This document shows, piece after piece, positions 50,602-64,000 of a stretch of 64,000 nucleotides of DNA. Within the stretch, counting starts at the first letter, position 1. Each line of letters starts with the position of its first letter. The translations under genes and the position numbers were made by a program. The notes beneath the pieces are model-generated. The model did not search any database, was not told the DNA's origin, and was given only the letters and a program-made list of their open reading frames with translations. The stretch comes from Octopus sinensis (Eukaryota), in contig NC_043015.1 of NCBI RefSeq assembly GCF_006345805.1, forward strand, positions 20,026,001-20,090,000. Reading direction: 5' to 3'.

Positions 50602-53600
50602 GTTATTATTGTTGCTGTTGCTATTTAACGATGTTTTTCATTTGTTTCAGGCTCTCCTCATGGAGAAGCACATCCGTTAAATATTGTTTTGTAATGTCAA
50701 GTGGACTATTGTATTGCGTGGCACTGCTACAGCAAAATATAAACCTGGACAAATCGAAGTCACTGTATATTCTGAATAAAGCGACACACGATCGATTTTC
50801 TTTTATTGTTAGTGGTTGAGGTGGTAGTAGGGTGGTCTATTCGTGTTTAAGGAAAGGTAAGCTTCTTGTTGAAGAAATAAAAGTGAAATATCACTGATTC
50901 AGAAGAAAACTGGCGCCCCCCATCATATATATTTATATAGAGGGAGAACTAATTTAGTAACCGGGACAAAATGAGTAACTTGCAATTTCTCGTTATTTGC
51001 TCCCCATCTGTTTGAAATCATTACATTGCAAGTACTGAATCATAATTCTATACTGTTGTATCATCTTTTGGAGTAAAAATTGGTCAACATAATTATTGTT
51101 GAAGTTCAGAAAGTCTGAAACATAGATGGTAGGTCCCCTTTTTTGAAGTAATTTTCCCTCAACTTTCATCCGATTGTGATTGGGGTTACTAATAAAATAT
51201 CTGGATAATTTTTGGTGTTTAACAATAAATATTCTCCACTCTATTTGGATTCCAAGTCAATTTTCCCACACTAATGTCTAGTTTGATCATTTTCAAGTTT
51301 CAAAACATGATGTCTAAAATGGGGTAAAATGAGTAATGTCTAATTTCAATAATTTTTCATTAACTGCATGGTGAGTAAATATGTCACAAAGAGGACATTC
51401 CCTGCAGATCGTGAAGAAGATATAAATAATATTTTATGCTGAGTTTTTTTCTTATTTAGTCGAGTTTCATTAATTTCATCTTGTGTACCATTTTTCCCCA
51501 ATCCCCTTTCATTTGACCTAGATGTTTAAAAATTCCTTTGCATTTCTGATCTTTTTGATTTCTACGGATGGATATTGACATGCATGGGTCTTCTTTCTGG
51601 AGAATTGATGCAGCAAATTTACCTAGCCAAATTTGTCTTTTATATGCTCAAAGAGAACAATGATAATTATCTGAAATAGTGATCAGAATATTTTATAATG
51701 CTTCTAATGCATTTAGGAAAAGCCGTTTGTTTAGCTGATATAGTTTTTGTAAGGTAGAGAACATTTGTAAAAAAATATATTTTGTCTCAAAGTCTATCCT
51801 CCACATACATCATATTTGTATGGGACTAATTGTAATTTTTCTTTTCTTAAATAAGGAAATATAAAATGCTGAATTTCTCAAATTATAAAAACTGTATTTG
51901 ATGACATAAAAAAACACAGGTAGGTACCCCTGACTTCAGCTGTGCATAATCAAGAAAAAAGTTTTTAAAGCATTAAAGCAGTGATTCTCAACAAGTGTCC
52001 ACATGACCCTTGGGGGTAGGGGTCCATATAAGATTTTGTTGCCAAAGTTGATGTAAAATAAATTGTTTATACTTTTACAATACACAAAATATTTTGACAA
52101 TAGTTTTTAATTATCAAAACATTATGGGACGTTTTTCAACATTGATTTTTTTCGTCTTGCAAGTACTTGGTGACTCTGTCAGTGCAGGTGCCACTTAAAA
52201 GCATCCAGTCACATTGTAGAGTGGTTGGTATTCAGAAGGGCATCCAAATATAAAAACCTTGCCAAAACTGACCTCGCCTGTGCTTGTGTCATGTAAAAAG
52301 CACTAAGTCCACTCTGCTGACTGGTTGGTGCTAGGAAGGGCATCCAGCTGTATAAAATCCTGCCAAAACAGTCACAGAAGTCTGGTGCAGGCTTCAGCCT
52401 GGCCAACTCTTGTGAAACCATCCCACCCATGCTAACATGGAAGGTAGACATTAAACAATGATGATGCTGATGAATGTTTATGAGAGTAGGGAGTTCAATT
52501 CCCAGACTGGGCTGTAAGTTGTGTTCTTGAGCAAGAAACTTTATTTCATGTTGCCTCAGTTCACTCAGCTATAGAAATGAGTTGCAATGTCACTGGTGCC
52601 AAGCTCTATTGGTTATTGCCCTTTGTTTGGATAACATCTGGTGTGGAGAGGACGAGGATGGTATGCAGGGGCAACAGCTGGCCTTCCATAAACAACTTTG
52701 CTCAGAAGGTAACTTTCTAGGTGTTTTATCTTTACCTGACTAAAATAGGAATTAAAGGGGTCCATAGGCAAAAAATGGTTGAGAACCATGTTATTGCACA
52801 TTTAAAACCTAGGGTGATTTTTTTGGAAAAATAGAGCATCTGATACGTTATCAAATATAATAAATTCATTCGTTTTATGTCCATTTTCCCCCATGGATTG
52901 GTAGAATACGTTGCTTGAGATATTGATGTCCAACCGGATGCAGTTCCTGATGCTAACACTTGTTTGTCAAGTGAAAAACCCCTCATTGCACATAATGTTC
53001 AAATGCCACAATTTGTCAACAGGAGAAACTGACAACACCTGCTGCCCTTATATACAAGTGATTGAAGCCCCATTTTCTTCTACCTCTAATGGCACTCTCC
53101 CCATGGTTTCTCTGCCCCTCCCCTTCTTCAATGTTTCTGAAGATTCTCCCTTCCATCCATAATTGTCCTTATAATGTTGGATAGTCCTATATACCATTCT
53201 ACAAAACATACTCTATCATCATCATTAACCCTGAACATTGTTGTTTTGCGTTGTAGGGCTCAGAGAGCCAGTCAACTGGTTTCTATGGCATATAAGGGAC
53301 CAAGTTCACAACAGTCCTCTTGAACAGGATGGAACTCTGTCAAAGGGTTACTTGTTGACAGCTGAGTGGACTGGAGCAAAGCATAAAGAAGTGTCTTGCT
53401 CAAGAACACAATACACACCCAGCCTGGAAATTGAAACCCTGATCTTATTACTGTGAGTGGAATACTTAAACCACTAGGCCACATGACTTGGACCCTACCC
53501 AGAAAATACATACGCATAAGAAAGAAAAACCAAACAAACAAAACTTGATTTCTTTGCAAATTTATTAAAATTATAATAAATGTAATAATTTTCTTTTAAA

Positions 53601-54538
53601 TGAAAAGTAAAAAAAAAAAGACTAGAAATTCAATATGAATTAAGAAGCAGTCAAAACAAGCAGCATTTTTTATCTTTCTTTTTAGAAGCTGATGTTGCAG
53701 CAACAACAGATAGCATATACATACACACATTCTTGAGTCACTGGAATGGTTAGAGGTTATAAGGATCTTCATGAAAGATTATTTTTAAAATTCATTCTTC
53801 CCAAACTACAATTCTGGGTTGGACAAAGCTCTGAATTTTGGATGTTTGCATGACATTTAAAATTTTTTTTCCCTTTGAGCAGATAGTTCATGACAACGAT
53901 TTTTTCCAGCCCCTTGTATTTGTTTTGTCAATGTGGGTTGATTACAATGTCAGGAAAACTAATTCCTGTTTTGTGGACTCCGAGCAAGTCACATAAATAA
54001 AAGAACTACCTCCTTAAGTTTCACTACTTTAACTGTAAAAAAAAAAGTTACTATGGAAACTGAAAGAGCCTTAGAGTTGTCATGAGCCCTAAGGACTCAT
54101 AAGGCCTAAAGCTTCACTGTTTCCATTGCATATGACAGATTACAATGATCCCTCCTGGACAGGATGCCAGTCCATCACAGGGTTAACTCTCCAACACATA
54201 CTGGAAATGATTTATATAGTTGAGCAGACTTGAGCAAAGTGAAATGAAGTGTTTTGCTCAGAAATGCAATATTCTAGCCATGAGACCATATTCCCTCACA
54301 AATGGGGGAACGAAAGAAAAGGACTAAAGAAAATCAATCCTCACCAAAACTGAATGAAAATAATAAAAAAAGTAAAAAACTTTTTGAAAATGTTAATGAG
54401 ATGTTATGTTCTTTTCCTGGCATTAATATCACATTTGGTAGATACAGATAAAGAAAGAATTTTATTCTCAAACGCAGGATAATGCTAATATAGCATGAAT
54501 AGGATAAACTATCCATATTTTGCAGGAAAATGTGTCAG

Positions 54539-54612
54539 TGGCCAGCCATGAGACTTGAACTCACATCCCTGTGATTATGTGTCAAGTACTTTACCATTAA
54601 ACTAAACTGCCC
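54539..54612 (-). pseudogene. Degenerate tRNA-like sequence (CAT in anticodon position; tRNA pseudogene or SINE head)
   Basis: GGGCAGTTTAGTTTAATGGTAAAGTACTTGACACATAATCACAGGGATGTGAGTTCAAGTCTCATGGCTGGCCA has A-box-like TAGTTTAATGG and a T-arm GTGAG-TTCAAGT-CTCAT, but mismatched acceptor and anticodon stems. Confidence 0.4.
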
Positions 54613-57240
54613 ACCAACAAATTCTTCTGCAATTTTAGGATATATAAATCTAGCTTTATAAGATGCTATCGTACGTTAAATTCAAAACTGTGAAGTTAAG
54701 GATGTTTGAATACCAGATACTGACCCCATAATGTCATATGTGTAAGTTCAAATCTTATTCCAGTCCTAGTGTTTCTTATCCATTTTAGTGAGGCACTTGG
54801 GAATCAGTAAAAAATGGCAACTTTGCATCAAAAGTTAAAAAACTTCTGGCATGCATTCTATCATCGTCATCATTTAGCACCCATCTTCCATGCTGGCATG
54901 GATTGGATGGGTTGACCGGAACCGACAAGCCAGAGAACTGTACCAAGTTCTACTGTCTCTTTTGGCATGGCTTTTTATGGCTGGACGCCCTTCCTAATGC
55001 CAACCACTTTATAGGGAAAGTTTAAAAGTTACCAGCACACTTTTCACCACAGGTGCTTTTAGGAAGTTTTAAAAACTCTAACCAATGATACATGAGAAAT
55101 ATTTTTTCAGGATTTCATAATCCAAAGTTAATGACAAGTGTTGTATATGAGTGATTATTATAATATATAATTTTGAATGTTATCTTCTACTCTGTCCATA
55201 ATGTGGCTGAAAGAACAATTGCATAGTTTTTCTAAAGGAAATCTAGCAAATCTTACAACATTACCAGATCTATTCCTGAGATGGATTGATGGCATCCTCA
55301 TCACCATGATAATAGTAATGCACAACTTTCTGTGCGTGCATGGATCAGACAATTTATTGAGGCTGATTATATATAGCTGGATGCCTTTCCTGCTGATAAC
55401 CCTCACCTATCTCCTTATGACCAGACGTTTTTCATGAAAGACTGGAAACAAACGTTACTTATAAGATGGTGATGCTCATTTTCACAAACATCACATGATG
55501 TCAAGACAAAGCTCCACCCACACATATATACAATGGGATTCTTTCAGTTTCTGTCTTCCAGATCCATTCAAAAGGCTTTGGCTGGCAGTGGGACTGAACC
55601 CATAACCACATGGTTGGGAGGCAAGCTTCTTAACCAGACAGCCGTGCCTACACCTATAAATATTTATATATGTGTGTGTGTGTGAGGGCACATGGCCTAA
55701 CGGGTACGGTGTTGTACTGACTACCTAGTAATTGTGGTTTCAATTCCTACACCTTGTGGTGTGTTCTTGTGCAAAACACTTCATTTCACTTTGTTCTGCG
55801 ATTAATTTGGCAACATCGTGTGTTATGGAATGTCTGAGCAGGAGACAGACTTTGCAAGTTGAATTGTAGATGCAAAACATGTAAGAACCCCCCCCCCCAA
55901 GTGGCTTCTGCCATGTGTGTGTGTGTGTGTGTATAATGATGTGAACCATGGCTGGTGATGAAACCCGTTTTAATTCATGCCAGTATGGGAAAAAACACCC
56001 ATCTAAAATTATCAAATGATGATGATATGGAAATGATTATCTTTTTAAATATAAAATTATATCATATACACACACATATATATATTATGCATGTAAGTAT
56101 TATTTTTAATGGGCAGAAGTTACAAAGGGACTCAGAAGCCAAAAGCTTCAGGCATAGCACTTATTAAACTACCTTCCATACATGAAACTTTCTATCTATC
56201 TATCTAGAAAGATATATATATATACAGATAGATAGATAGGCAGACAGATTAACTAACGAGATATACATACACACACAAATGTGGTTCTAAATGCAGGTTT
56301 TTTTTTTAACCATTACCATCATGTTTTGGTTTGTTTGTCAGTTAAATTTTGATTTAGTCCTTTTTTTTTTTAGGTCAGTTGTCACATGTTAATTAGTTCT
56401 GTCACACCAAAGCTAATATTTTTTTTACTAATTGCTTTGAATTTGCCACTCTTTGGTCATCAAATTCTTCAGATGTGTGTGTAGTATCTGCAAGTTATAC
56501 CCATTCCCTACCAAACTTAATTTCGATGGAAACTAAGTCCACATTCACAAATGGAATTAACAGCAGACAGGCGTTGTGAGAAATCAATGATGACTTGCAG
56601 CAAACATTTTTTTTGGTAATGGCATCAAGTTCTTACTTACATTTGCAAAATTCACACATATCGAAATTACTGCCAATAAAATAACAACAAAGACAAAATA
56701 AAAAAACAAAACAAAACAAAGCAACAACAAACATTCCCCCCACTCCTCTCCATTACTGTAAAAACTTAAACCCCAATTTTCACAGGAAGAACACTGATAT
56801 TAAGAATGACTCAGAGATTCTTGTGTGGCACTGAGTTGTGTAGGAATAAATATTAGTTTCAAGTGTTTTGGCACAAGGTTAACAATTTTTGTGGGGAGGG
56901 GTTGAGTCAATTACATCGACTCCCCAGTATTCAACTGGTACTTATTTTATCAACCCTGAAGGGATGAAAGGCAAAGTCGACCCTGGCGGAACTTCAATGC
57001 AGAACGCAAAATTGGAGTAAATGCAGTTCAGCATTTGGCCCGGTGAGGTACCTTGAGGGTAGGAATAAAACATTAGACACAGTCACCAGAAGTTGTTTCA
57101 ATGCAGAGGTTTCTTCACACAGTTCAGACATCAGGATCTCTTTATATGTGTGTGCGTCTGTGTATTCATTATTTTCTCTCTCTCGACCTCCTCGCAAAAA
57201 AAAAAAAAATCAAAAAAAATCAGCAAAACAAAGCAGATTG

Positions 57241-57312
57241 CTAAAACGATAAGCTTTCTTGTTTGGATGCCGTCTGACTCCAACTAATATTTATATCCAG
57301 CAACGACACAAC
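57241..57312 (-). CDS. LTO1: LTO1, last exon
   Basis: Acceptor ctattttcag. Encodes VVSLLDINISWSQTASKQESLSF*. The terminal L-S-F fits the [LIM]-[DES]-[WF] CIA-targeting tail of Lto1 and favours LTO1 over YAE1. Confidence 0.85.
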   Translation of the reverse strand, partial: VVSLLDINISWSQTASKQESLSF

Positions 57313-58179
57313 CTGAAAATAGAAACAAATAAACAACAGATTAAAAATATAGGTAAAAAAAAATTGGTAGAATTGGTAGAAAACTGGACAAAATATCTTA
57401 GGGCATTTTATCTTTTTTCTTTTATTTGTTTCTGTCATTGGACTGTGGCCATGCTGGAGCACTGCCTTGAAGAACTTTAAGTTGAAGGAATCAACCCCAG
57501 GGCTTATTTTCCCCATTTTTAAACCTGGTACTTATTATATTGGTCTCTTTTGCCAAACTGCTAAGCTACAGGGACATAAACACACTAACACCAGTTGTCA
57601 AGCCGAGCTGGGGGACACAGATGCAAAGAAACTCACACACATAATGGGCTTCTTTCAGTTTATGCCTACCAAATCCACTCACAAAGCTTTGGTCGGCTCC
57701 AGACTGAAGTGGAAGGTACTTGCCCAAGGGGTCATGCTGTGGGACTGAACTAGGAACTAAGTGTGTTGGGAAGCAAGCTTCTTAAGGCAGATTTTGTACA
57801 GCTAGATGCCTTTATAGTTGCTGAGCCTCACCAGGTAAGGAAATATTTCATTCTGGTCAGACATGTCTTTCAAGGAAAACCAGAAATGAACAATTCACTT
57901 GCAATGATAGCAACATTCATTTACAATTGTCACACAACATCAAGACATATCTATACACACACAACAGGTTTCTTTCAGTTTCCATTTACCAAGTTCACTT
58001 ACAAGGTTTTGGTCAACACAAGGTTATAGTAGAAGACAATTGCCAAGATGCTACACGGAGGAAATGAACTTGAAATCATGTGCTTCTGAAGTACACTTAA
58101 CGACGGAGCTACACCTGTGCCTATAAAGTTATAGAAAGAAATCACACTCTAAGCAAAGAACGTAGCAGGAAAGACAAAC

Positions 58180-58291
58180 CTTTTTAAATCTTGCTTGGAT
58201 CATTTTCAGGTCTGTGACACACGTGCTATTCACAGTTCCAAGAGGATATTTACCAAGAAGAGTTTGCAGAGACGTTAATGCCTTGGAAGTT
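58180..58291 (-). CDS. LTO1: LTO1, penultimate exon
   Basis: Phase 2 to 0. Encodes TSKALTSLQTLLGKYPLGTVNSTCVTDLKMIQARFKK, matching the LTO1 pattern ..L..L..L...FP.......L..IR.KFK. Confidence 0.8.
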
Positions 58292-58777
58292 CTAAAATGG
58301 AAAAGAAATAATATATATTTGCATGTATGTATTTATATATATACATATAAATGTATTTAAGCATCTTTTTTTAAAGCCAAAACAATGCAAGTTACAAAAA
58401 TAATACAGGTCAATGGTTTTAACTGTTATGTCAATGTTACAGGGTTAGCCATTGTTCAGGAAATCTTTGTAGAAGCGGTGTCATTAGCTCACTTCTCTTG
58501 TCATGTTTTGTTCTCTACCACAGTCACCTGCCACTAATACAGCAACCACAGACACATTATAGTGCTTATCCCTTCCCAACACTCACCATATATCTACATC
58601 AAATCACAAAGGAAAAAGAAATCAGCTAACAACATTATTTCTCCAAAGATTTCCTAACCCTGAAATACTAGGTATAATCATCAACCTTATTATTTTTATA
58701 ACTTACATTGTTTTGTCTTAAAAAAATTAAAAACATTTATATATATGTGACAATACTTCATGCAAACTATACAAACG

Positions 58778-58819
<42 letters not shown>

Positions 58820-59939
58820 ACTCCCGTAGATTTTGATGTATGAGAGTTTTGTTTGATCAACATTAGTTTCTTGGTGTATTACAAGAATCTATTCTTCAAA
58901 CAAAAACAAAGGTCCATGAACATCAAAAAGAAAAGAAAGAACAGAAAAAAAAACTATTATAACAAGTGTTTAGCTTTTGTCCTTTAAGATTGAGTGTTCA
59001 ATTCCTCCAGGATTGATGTGTCACAAACAAGCAGAACAGAGGGAATACGAATTGCCCTGGAATAAAAGCTTAACACTTTGAACAAGACCTTTAGTTAGTT
59101 TGTTAATGGGAGAAAGAGAGAGAAGGGTTTGAACAGCTTTTTATTGCACCTTTGAACTGCTTTTACTATCACAAAATTTTAGTTTCATCAGATGCAACTA
59201 TTTATAGGGTTGAGAAGATTGGAGTGGCTGGGTATAAAGTGTGCCAAGAGAAGATAACTGTGTTGTGATATGGGCAGAGAATGAGTATTGGGGAGAAGTG
59301 TGCACTATGTGCGTGTGTGTTGCATTGGTGACAATCAATCATGGGAGAGAAAGAAGCAAGAGGAAGTGAGGCCAGACTTCAAAACTCACAGATGAGTATC
59401 TTCATTACCATCGTTTTAACACCTACTTCTCCATGCTTGCATGGGTCAGACAGCATATACTGAGGTTGAGTCTCTATTGTCTCATTCCCTTGCTATCACT
59501 AATCACAACCCTTTTCCAAACAACGCAATATTTCCTCACAATATTTTTTCTATGAAAGACTGGCAAAGAAAGAGCGAGGGCGTGTGTGCACACACACACG
59601 CACATACATACAAGGCCTCTTTCAGTTTCTGTCTTCCAAATCCACACAGAAAGTTTTGGACAGCCTGGAGCTTTAGTAGAAGGAATTTACCCAAGGTACT
59701 GTGTAGCAGGACTGAGCCCAAGTAAACTTCTTAATCACACAGCCATGTCTTCATTGACCACACTAGGACTTCCTTATCTAACACGTCCCTCCTGTTTTTA
59801 AGATGGTGGAATACGATTTGAATGACGTTTGGTTATTATTTCTAGCAGGTCAAGTGTCTAATCACATAGTGGTTGCACCAGTGGCCCAGGGTAGATATTC
59901 AGATCACAACAGTCGTGAAGTATCTGGTTTAGTACTTAC

Positions 59940-60010
59940 TTCTCTTTAGTATCAGGAGATTGGTCAAGTAACGCCAACCATGTTGAGACAAATCCCTTTA
60001 GGAAGCCGAT
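59940..60010 (-). CDS. LTO1: LTO1, next exon
   Basis: Acceptor actctttacag and donor AA|GTAAGT. Encodes IGFLKGFVSTWLALLDQSPDTKE(K), resembling the LTO1 IGxYxGF..W segment. Confidence 0.85.
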
Positions 60011-60624
60011 CTGTAAAGAGTAAACAAGAACACTTCAATGAGATTGTGTGTGTGCACGCGAGGTCATCCTTAACATCATCAGGACTCTACAGTTCTATAT
60101 TTAAGATATTATGTACATTATTTACATTTGACGGATATTTGTTATTATCTTGTTTGTTGCTAACACATTTCAGCTGATGTACAACAAACAAGATGAAGAC
60201 AAATATCCGTCAAACGTAAATAATGTATCATCATGACTGTTTCAGAGTCCACTCTTCAATGCTTGCTTTGGTCAGAAAGAATTTGTTGAGGCAGATTTTC
60301 TATGGTTGGATGCCCTTCCTGTTGCCAGCCCTCACCTATTTCTCCATAACCGAACATGTTTTCACAGAAGACTGGAAACAAGAGACTCTGCTTGTATGAA
60401 GGTGACACTCATTCATAACCAGCCTATAGTGGTAAGACAAAGAAACACACACATATATGGCAGGATTCTTTCAGTTTCCGCTTACCAAACCTACTCACAA
60501 GATTTTTGAGGAACAAACAATGTTTCCATCTTTCTGAAAAATGCCTGTTAAGGTATTTACATTTTAAATCTAAATCTTGCAGTGATTATTACATTATTAA
60601 ACACCATCTGTGTATTATTCTTAA

Positions 60625-60679
<55 letters not shown>

Positions 60680-62090
60680 CACTGAGAGGTGTGATGCCGT
60701 GATTTTTGTCTGAGAGAAAATCCCTTCATAAACTTGTGTTAACTCATTAGCATTCAAATTCCTGTTAAATGTAATCCATATTTATTCACATTGTTTTGAA
60801 TTAATCATGCATTCTATTGTAGCTTTGATATTTAAATGATATAATAATTTATTTTAAGAATGTCATTGTTAGGTAGGTGCGAGAGGCTGGATCTGGTTAG
60901 CTTAGACATAAGACAAGAATATATTGGCCAGATATGGCTGGTTTAAAGGCTAAAGGATTAAAACACATGTACCTTACCTAAACATGTATGTCCACACATG
61001 TATATATATATATCATCATCATCATCATTTAACATCCATTTTCCATGCTCGCATGGGTGAGACAGTTTGACAGGAGCTGGCTGGGTAGAAGACTGCACCA
61101 GACTTCACCATCTGTTTCAGCATGATTTTTATGTCAGTAGAGACTCACAAGAATGCTAGAAGCATTTCACCTTTCTTGGAGTTTGTCAGTGAAGTGTAAT
61201 GTGGAGGCATGTATTTATACAAGGGCAATACATGTCTTGCATTCCCACGAGCCACTGTTGGATGATGTTCAACTAATTACAACATGTATTGTATTTTTCA
61301 CAACACAACATGTCAAGAGATATTCTCTCAGACAAATCCACAACACCATACCTTTCGAAGGTATGACAGGTAGTGTTTAATAATTTAATGGCATTTTAAT
61401 TGCATATACTGAGTTTATTTTAGTCCTGGAAGCTTTCCACAATATCAGTGAATGTATTATCCACTGTCTGTTATATATTGGAAGTGACAGATTTCATCCA
61501 ATCCTGTGACTACAGGGTACATGTCATTAACAATCCTCAAGAAAAGCAAAATGGATCAGGTTTTCCCATGTGTCACTGTTAGGGCTTGCTCTCACACATA
61601 TATTGTTTTTAACACAAGTCTATGAAAAGATGTTCTTTCAGACAAAAACTGTAACATTATGCCTGTTGATGGTGTATATCCATTATGTATGAAATAAAGG
61701 TGATGTTTATGCTCTTTCAGTAGCATACACCAAGTCTTTTATTAACCCTTTCGTTAATGGTTAGAGCTGAAACTCAGGCTCTGAGTACAAATGTCTTGTG
61801 TCCATAAGTCTTGAATTAAAATCTTCCACCAGACCTTAGTCACAAGTTATGTTCCTAATATTAGCTGAATGATAACTAAGTTACTTTACTAAATTATTTG
61901 TTATATTTAAAGAGTAATTGAAAGAAACACAGAGCATCTCAAAATAAATACAGTAACGAAAGTGTTGAGTTATACGTTTATTTCACAAAACCTCTCAAAA
62001 TTCCTCATTATTTTGAAAATAAAATACAGAATGCAGAAAATGTATTTTTGTTAGAAATATAGTTGCCAAAGAATTAAGAGATCTGTATAC

Positions 62091-62196
62091 CTCATTTCCA
62101 ACACTGCATCCCAAGGAATATCCAAGTTGATAACCATCTTCTTGACCCTTTTCAGTACCATGGTTCAAACCAGCCAAATAACCTGCCTTCACAGAA
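62091..62196 (-). CDS. LTO1: LTO1/ORAOV1 (ABCE1 Fe-S maturation adaptor), internal exon; first exon not located in window
   Basis: Acceptor cttttctcacag and donor GAG|GTATAC. Encodes SVKAGYLAGLNHGTEKGQEDGYQLGYSLGCSVGNE, the GxxxG-repeat motif of the Yae1/Lto1 family. Confidence 0.85.
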
Positions 62197-63099
62197 CTGT
62201 GAGAAAAGAAGGGCCTCATTAAAAATTGGAAACATCATCAGAAGTTAAAATTTACACAAAGATAGACATTCACATATATATATATACATATTGTCTTTGT
62301 TTCAGTGACTGGACTGCAGTCATGCTAGGGTACCATACTGAAGTGTTTAAGTCAAACAAATTGACCCCAGTACTTTTTTGAAGACTGATATATATTCTAT
62401 CAGTCTCTTTTACCAAACCACTAAGTTATGGGGATGTAAATAAACCAACACTGGTCGTCAATCACCGGTGTGGGGGTATGAGTTACATGGACACAAAGAC
62501 ACACATGACGGACTTTGTCCTCATTCATTATATTTCCCACTCTCTCACTTCTACTCACCTTGTACCTTGAGGCTCCACCCAGACACCTGATCGCCACCAT
62601 CTTTATCTCTTCTCAACCCCATCCTAATCACCCCACATATCAACCACAAGGTTCACCCTTGTTTGGCACCCACTACTTTCACCACCACCCTCATATACAA
62701 CCATCTGTCACTCTTATATTCTTATGAAATTATCAAACCCTTCTCCCCCACCCCGGTCCACTGTCCGGATGCCATTTCGTCGCCAACCTTCACTAGTTTC
62801 CTAAGAAGGTTATGTTTACTTCCTCCCACCACCATACGACTGGACATGTTTTCAAGGAAGACTGGAAACGAATGACACCGCTCGTACAACAGTAATATTT
62901 ACAACTATCACGCAATATCATACATATATATCATCATCATCATCATCATCATCATTTAGCGTCCGTTTTCCATGCTAGCATGGGTTGGACGGTTCAACTG
63001 GGGTCTGGGGAGCCCGAAGGCTGCACCAGGCCAGTCAGATCTGGCAGTGTTTCTACAGCTGGATGCCCTTCCTAACGCCAACCACTCCGAGAGTGTAGT

Positions 63100-64000
63100 G
63101 GGTGATTTTATGTGCCACCGACACAGGTGCCAGACGAGGCTGGCGAACGGCCACGCTCGGATGGTGTTTTTATGTGCCACCGACACAGGTGCCAGACGAG
63201 GCTGGCAGACGGCCACGCTCGGATGGTGTTTTTATGTGCCACCGACACAGGTGCCAGATGAGGCTGGCAGGTGCCAGACGAGGCTGGCAGACGGCCACGC
63301 TCGGATGGTGTTTTTATGTGCCACCGACACAGGTGCCAGATGAGGCTGGCGGACGGCCACGATCGGATGGTGTTTGTTACGTCCCCAAAGCACGGAGGCC
63401 AGTCTATGCGGTACTGGCTACGGCCACGTTCGGATGATTTTCTTGTGTGCCACCGGCACTGGTACCACAAAGATACAAATTCCATTTATGCTCATCTATT
63501 TTGGTTTGTTTTGATTTGATTTGATTTTCACTTGCCTCAACAGGTCTTCACAAGTGTCACTTGCCTCAACAGTTCTTCACAAGTGTCACAAGAAGGAAGG
63601 TATGCACAGGTGGACTGTCTACGTCGCCGGGTCTTCGGATGGTGTCTTTATGTGCCACCGACACAGGTGCCAGATGTGGCTGGCGAACGGCCACGATCGG
63701 ATGGTTTTCTTGTGTGCCACCGGTACTGGAACCACAAAGATACAAATTCCATTGATGTTCATCTATTTTGATTTGTTTTGATTTTCACTTGCCTCAACAG
63801 GTCTTCACAAGTGTCACGCGTGTCCTTGTGTGCCACCGGTACTGGAACCACAAAGATACAAATTCCATTGATGTTCATCTATTTTGATTTGGTTTGATTT
63901 TCACTTGCCTCAACAGGTCTTCACAAGTGTCACGCGTGTCACACACTTGCCTCAACAGGTCTCCACAAGTGTCACACACTTGCCTCTGCCTCAACAGGTC
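63100..64000. repeat. Tandemly amplified segments of a family-2 repeat
   Basis: A ~60-bp unit (TTTTATGTGCCACCGACACAGGTGCCAGA...CGGCCACGCTCGGATGGTG) is repeated about 4-5 times. A ~100-bp unit (CCACAAAGATACAAATTCCATT...CACTTGCCTCAACAGGTCTTCACAAGTGTCAC) is repeated 3 times. The array runs off the window end. Confidence 0.85.

Noticed and set aside
50621-50835. ~72-codon stop-free minus-strand frame ending 20 nt before the HMT ATG
   Set aside because: No upstream ATG and no recognisable homology; compatible with chance in a 5' UTR or promoter.
50940-51950. AT-rich block with repeated GGGACAAAATGAGTAAC / GGGGTAAAATGAGTAAT motifs (possible DNA transposon end)
   Set aside because: I could not identify the matching opposite TIR, a TSD or any coding remnant, so it is not called.
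61300-61480. Old homology between 61300-61480 and 8210-8405
   Set aside because: Probably a decayed dispersed repeat; no interpretable reading frame, so the class is not assignable.
62956-63781. Cluster of overlapping 64-125-aa ORFs (CATDTGAR / VPPTQVPD repeats)
   Set aside because: These are translations of tandemly amplified family-2 repeat units, not genes.

Overview
Eukaryotic, AT-rich, repeat-dense genomic DNA. The dominant SINE/LINE-tail families and gene style suggest an octopus/cephalopod genome (inference, not provable here). I assembled three intron-containing genes by hand, all on the minus strand and arranged head to tail, with GT-AG junctions and matching phases. (1) A complete 7-exon gene (CDS 27649 to 5658, 2655 nt, 884 aa) encodes a signal peptide, two tandem GPR158/GPR179-type extracellular (Cache-like + EGF-like) modules joined by a polybasic furin-type linker, and a GPI-signal-like C-terminus, with no 7TM domain. 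(2) A complete 7-exon homocysteine S-methyltransferase (mmuM/HMT type; CDS 50601 to 37634, 927 nt, 308 aa). (3) Four exons of LTO1/ORAOV1 (62196 to 57241); its first exon was not found and probably lies beyond the window. Introns and intergenic DNA contain decayed mobile elements: an R4/Dong-like RLE LINE, RTE-like 3' ends, a Penelope GIY-YIG remnant and hammerhead-like palindromes, mariner, Tc1, maT-like, Tigger/pogo and Merlin remnants, piggyBac-type TTAA MITEs, at least three SINE families, a 14x36-bp minisatellite and microsatellites. Most short ORFs in the supplied track are repeat-derived noise. There is no CRISPR array, rRNA or prokaryotic system. The most interesting object is the 7TM-less double-Cache protein and its possible splice-controlled soluble forms. 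Gene coordinates are exact; repeat boundaries are approximate.
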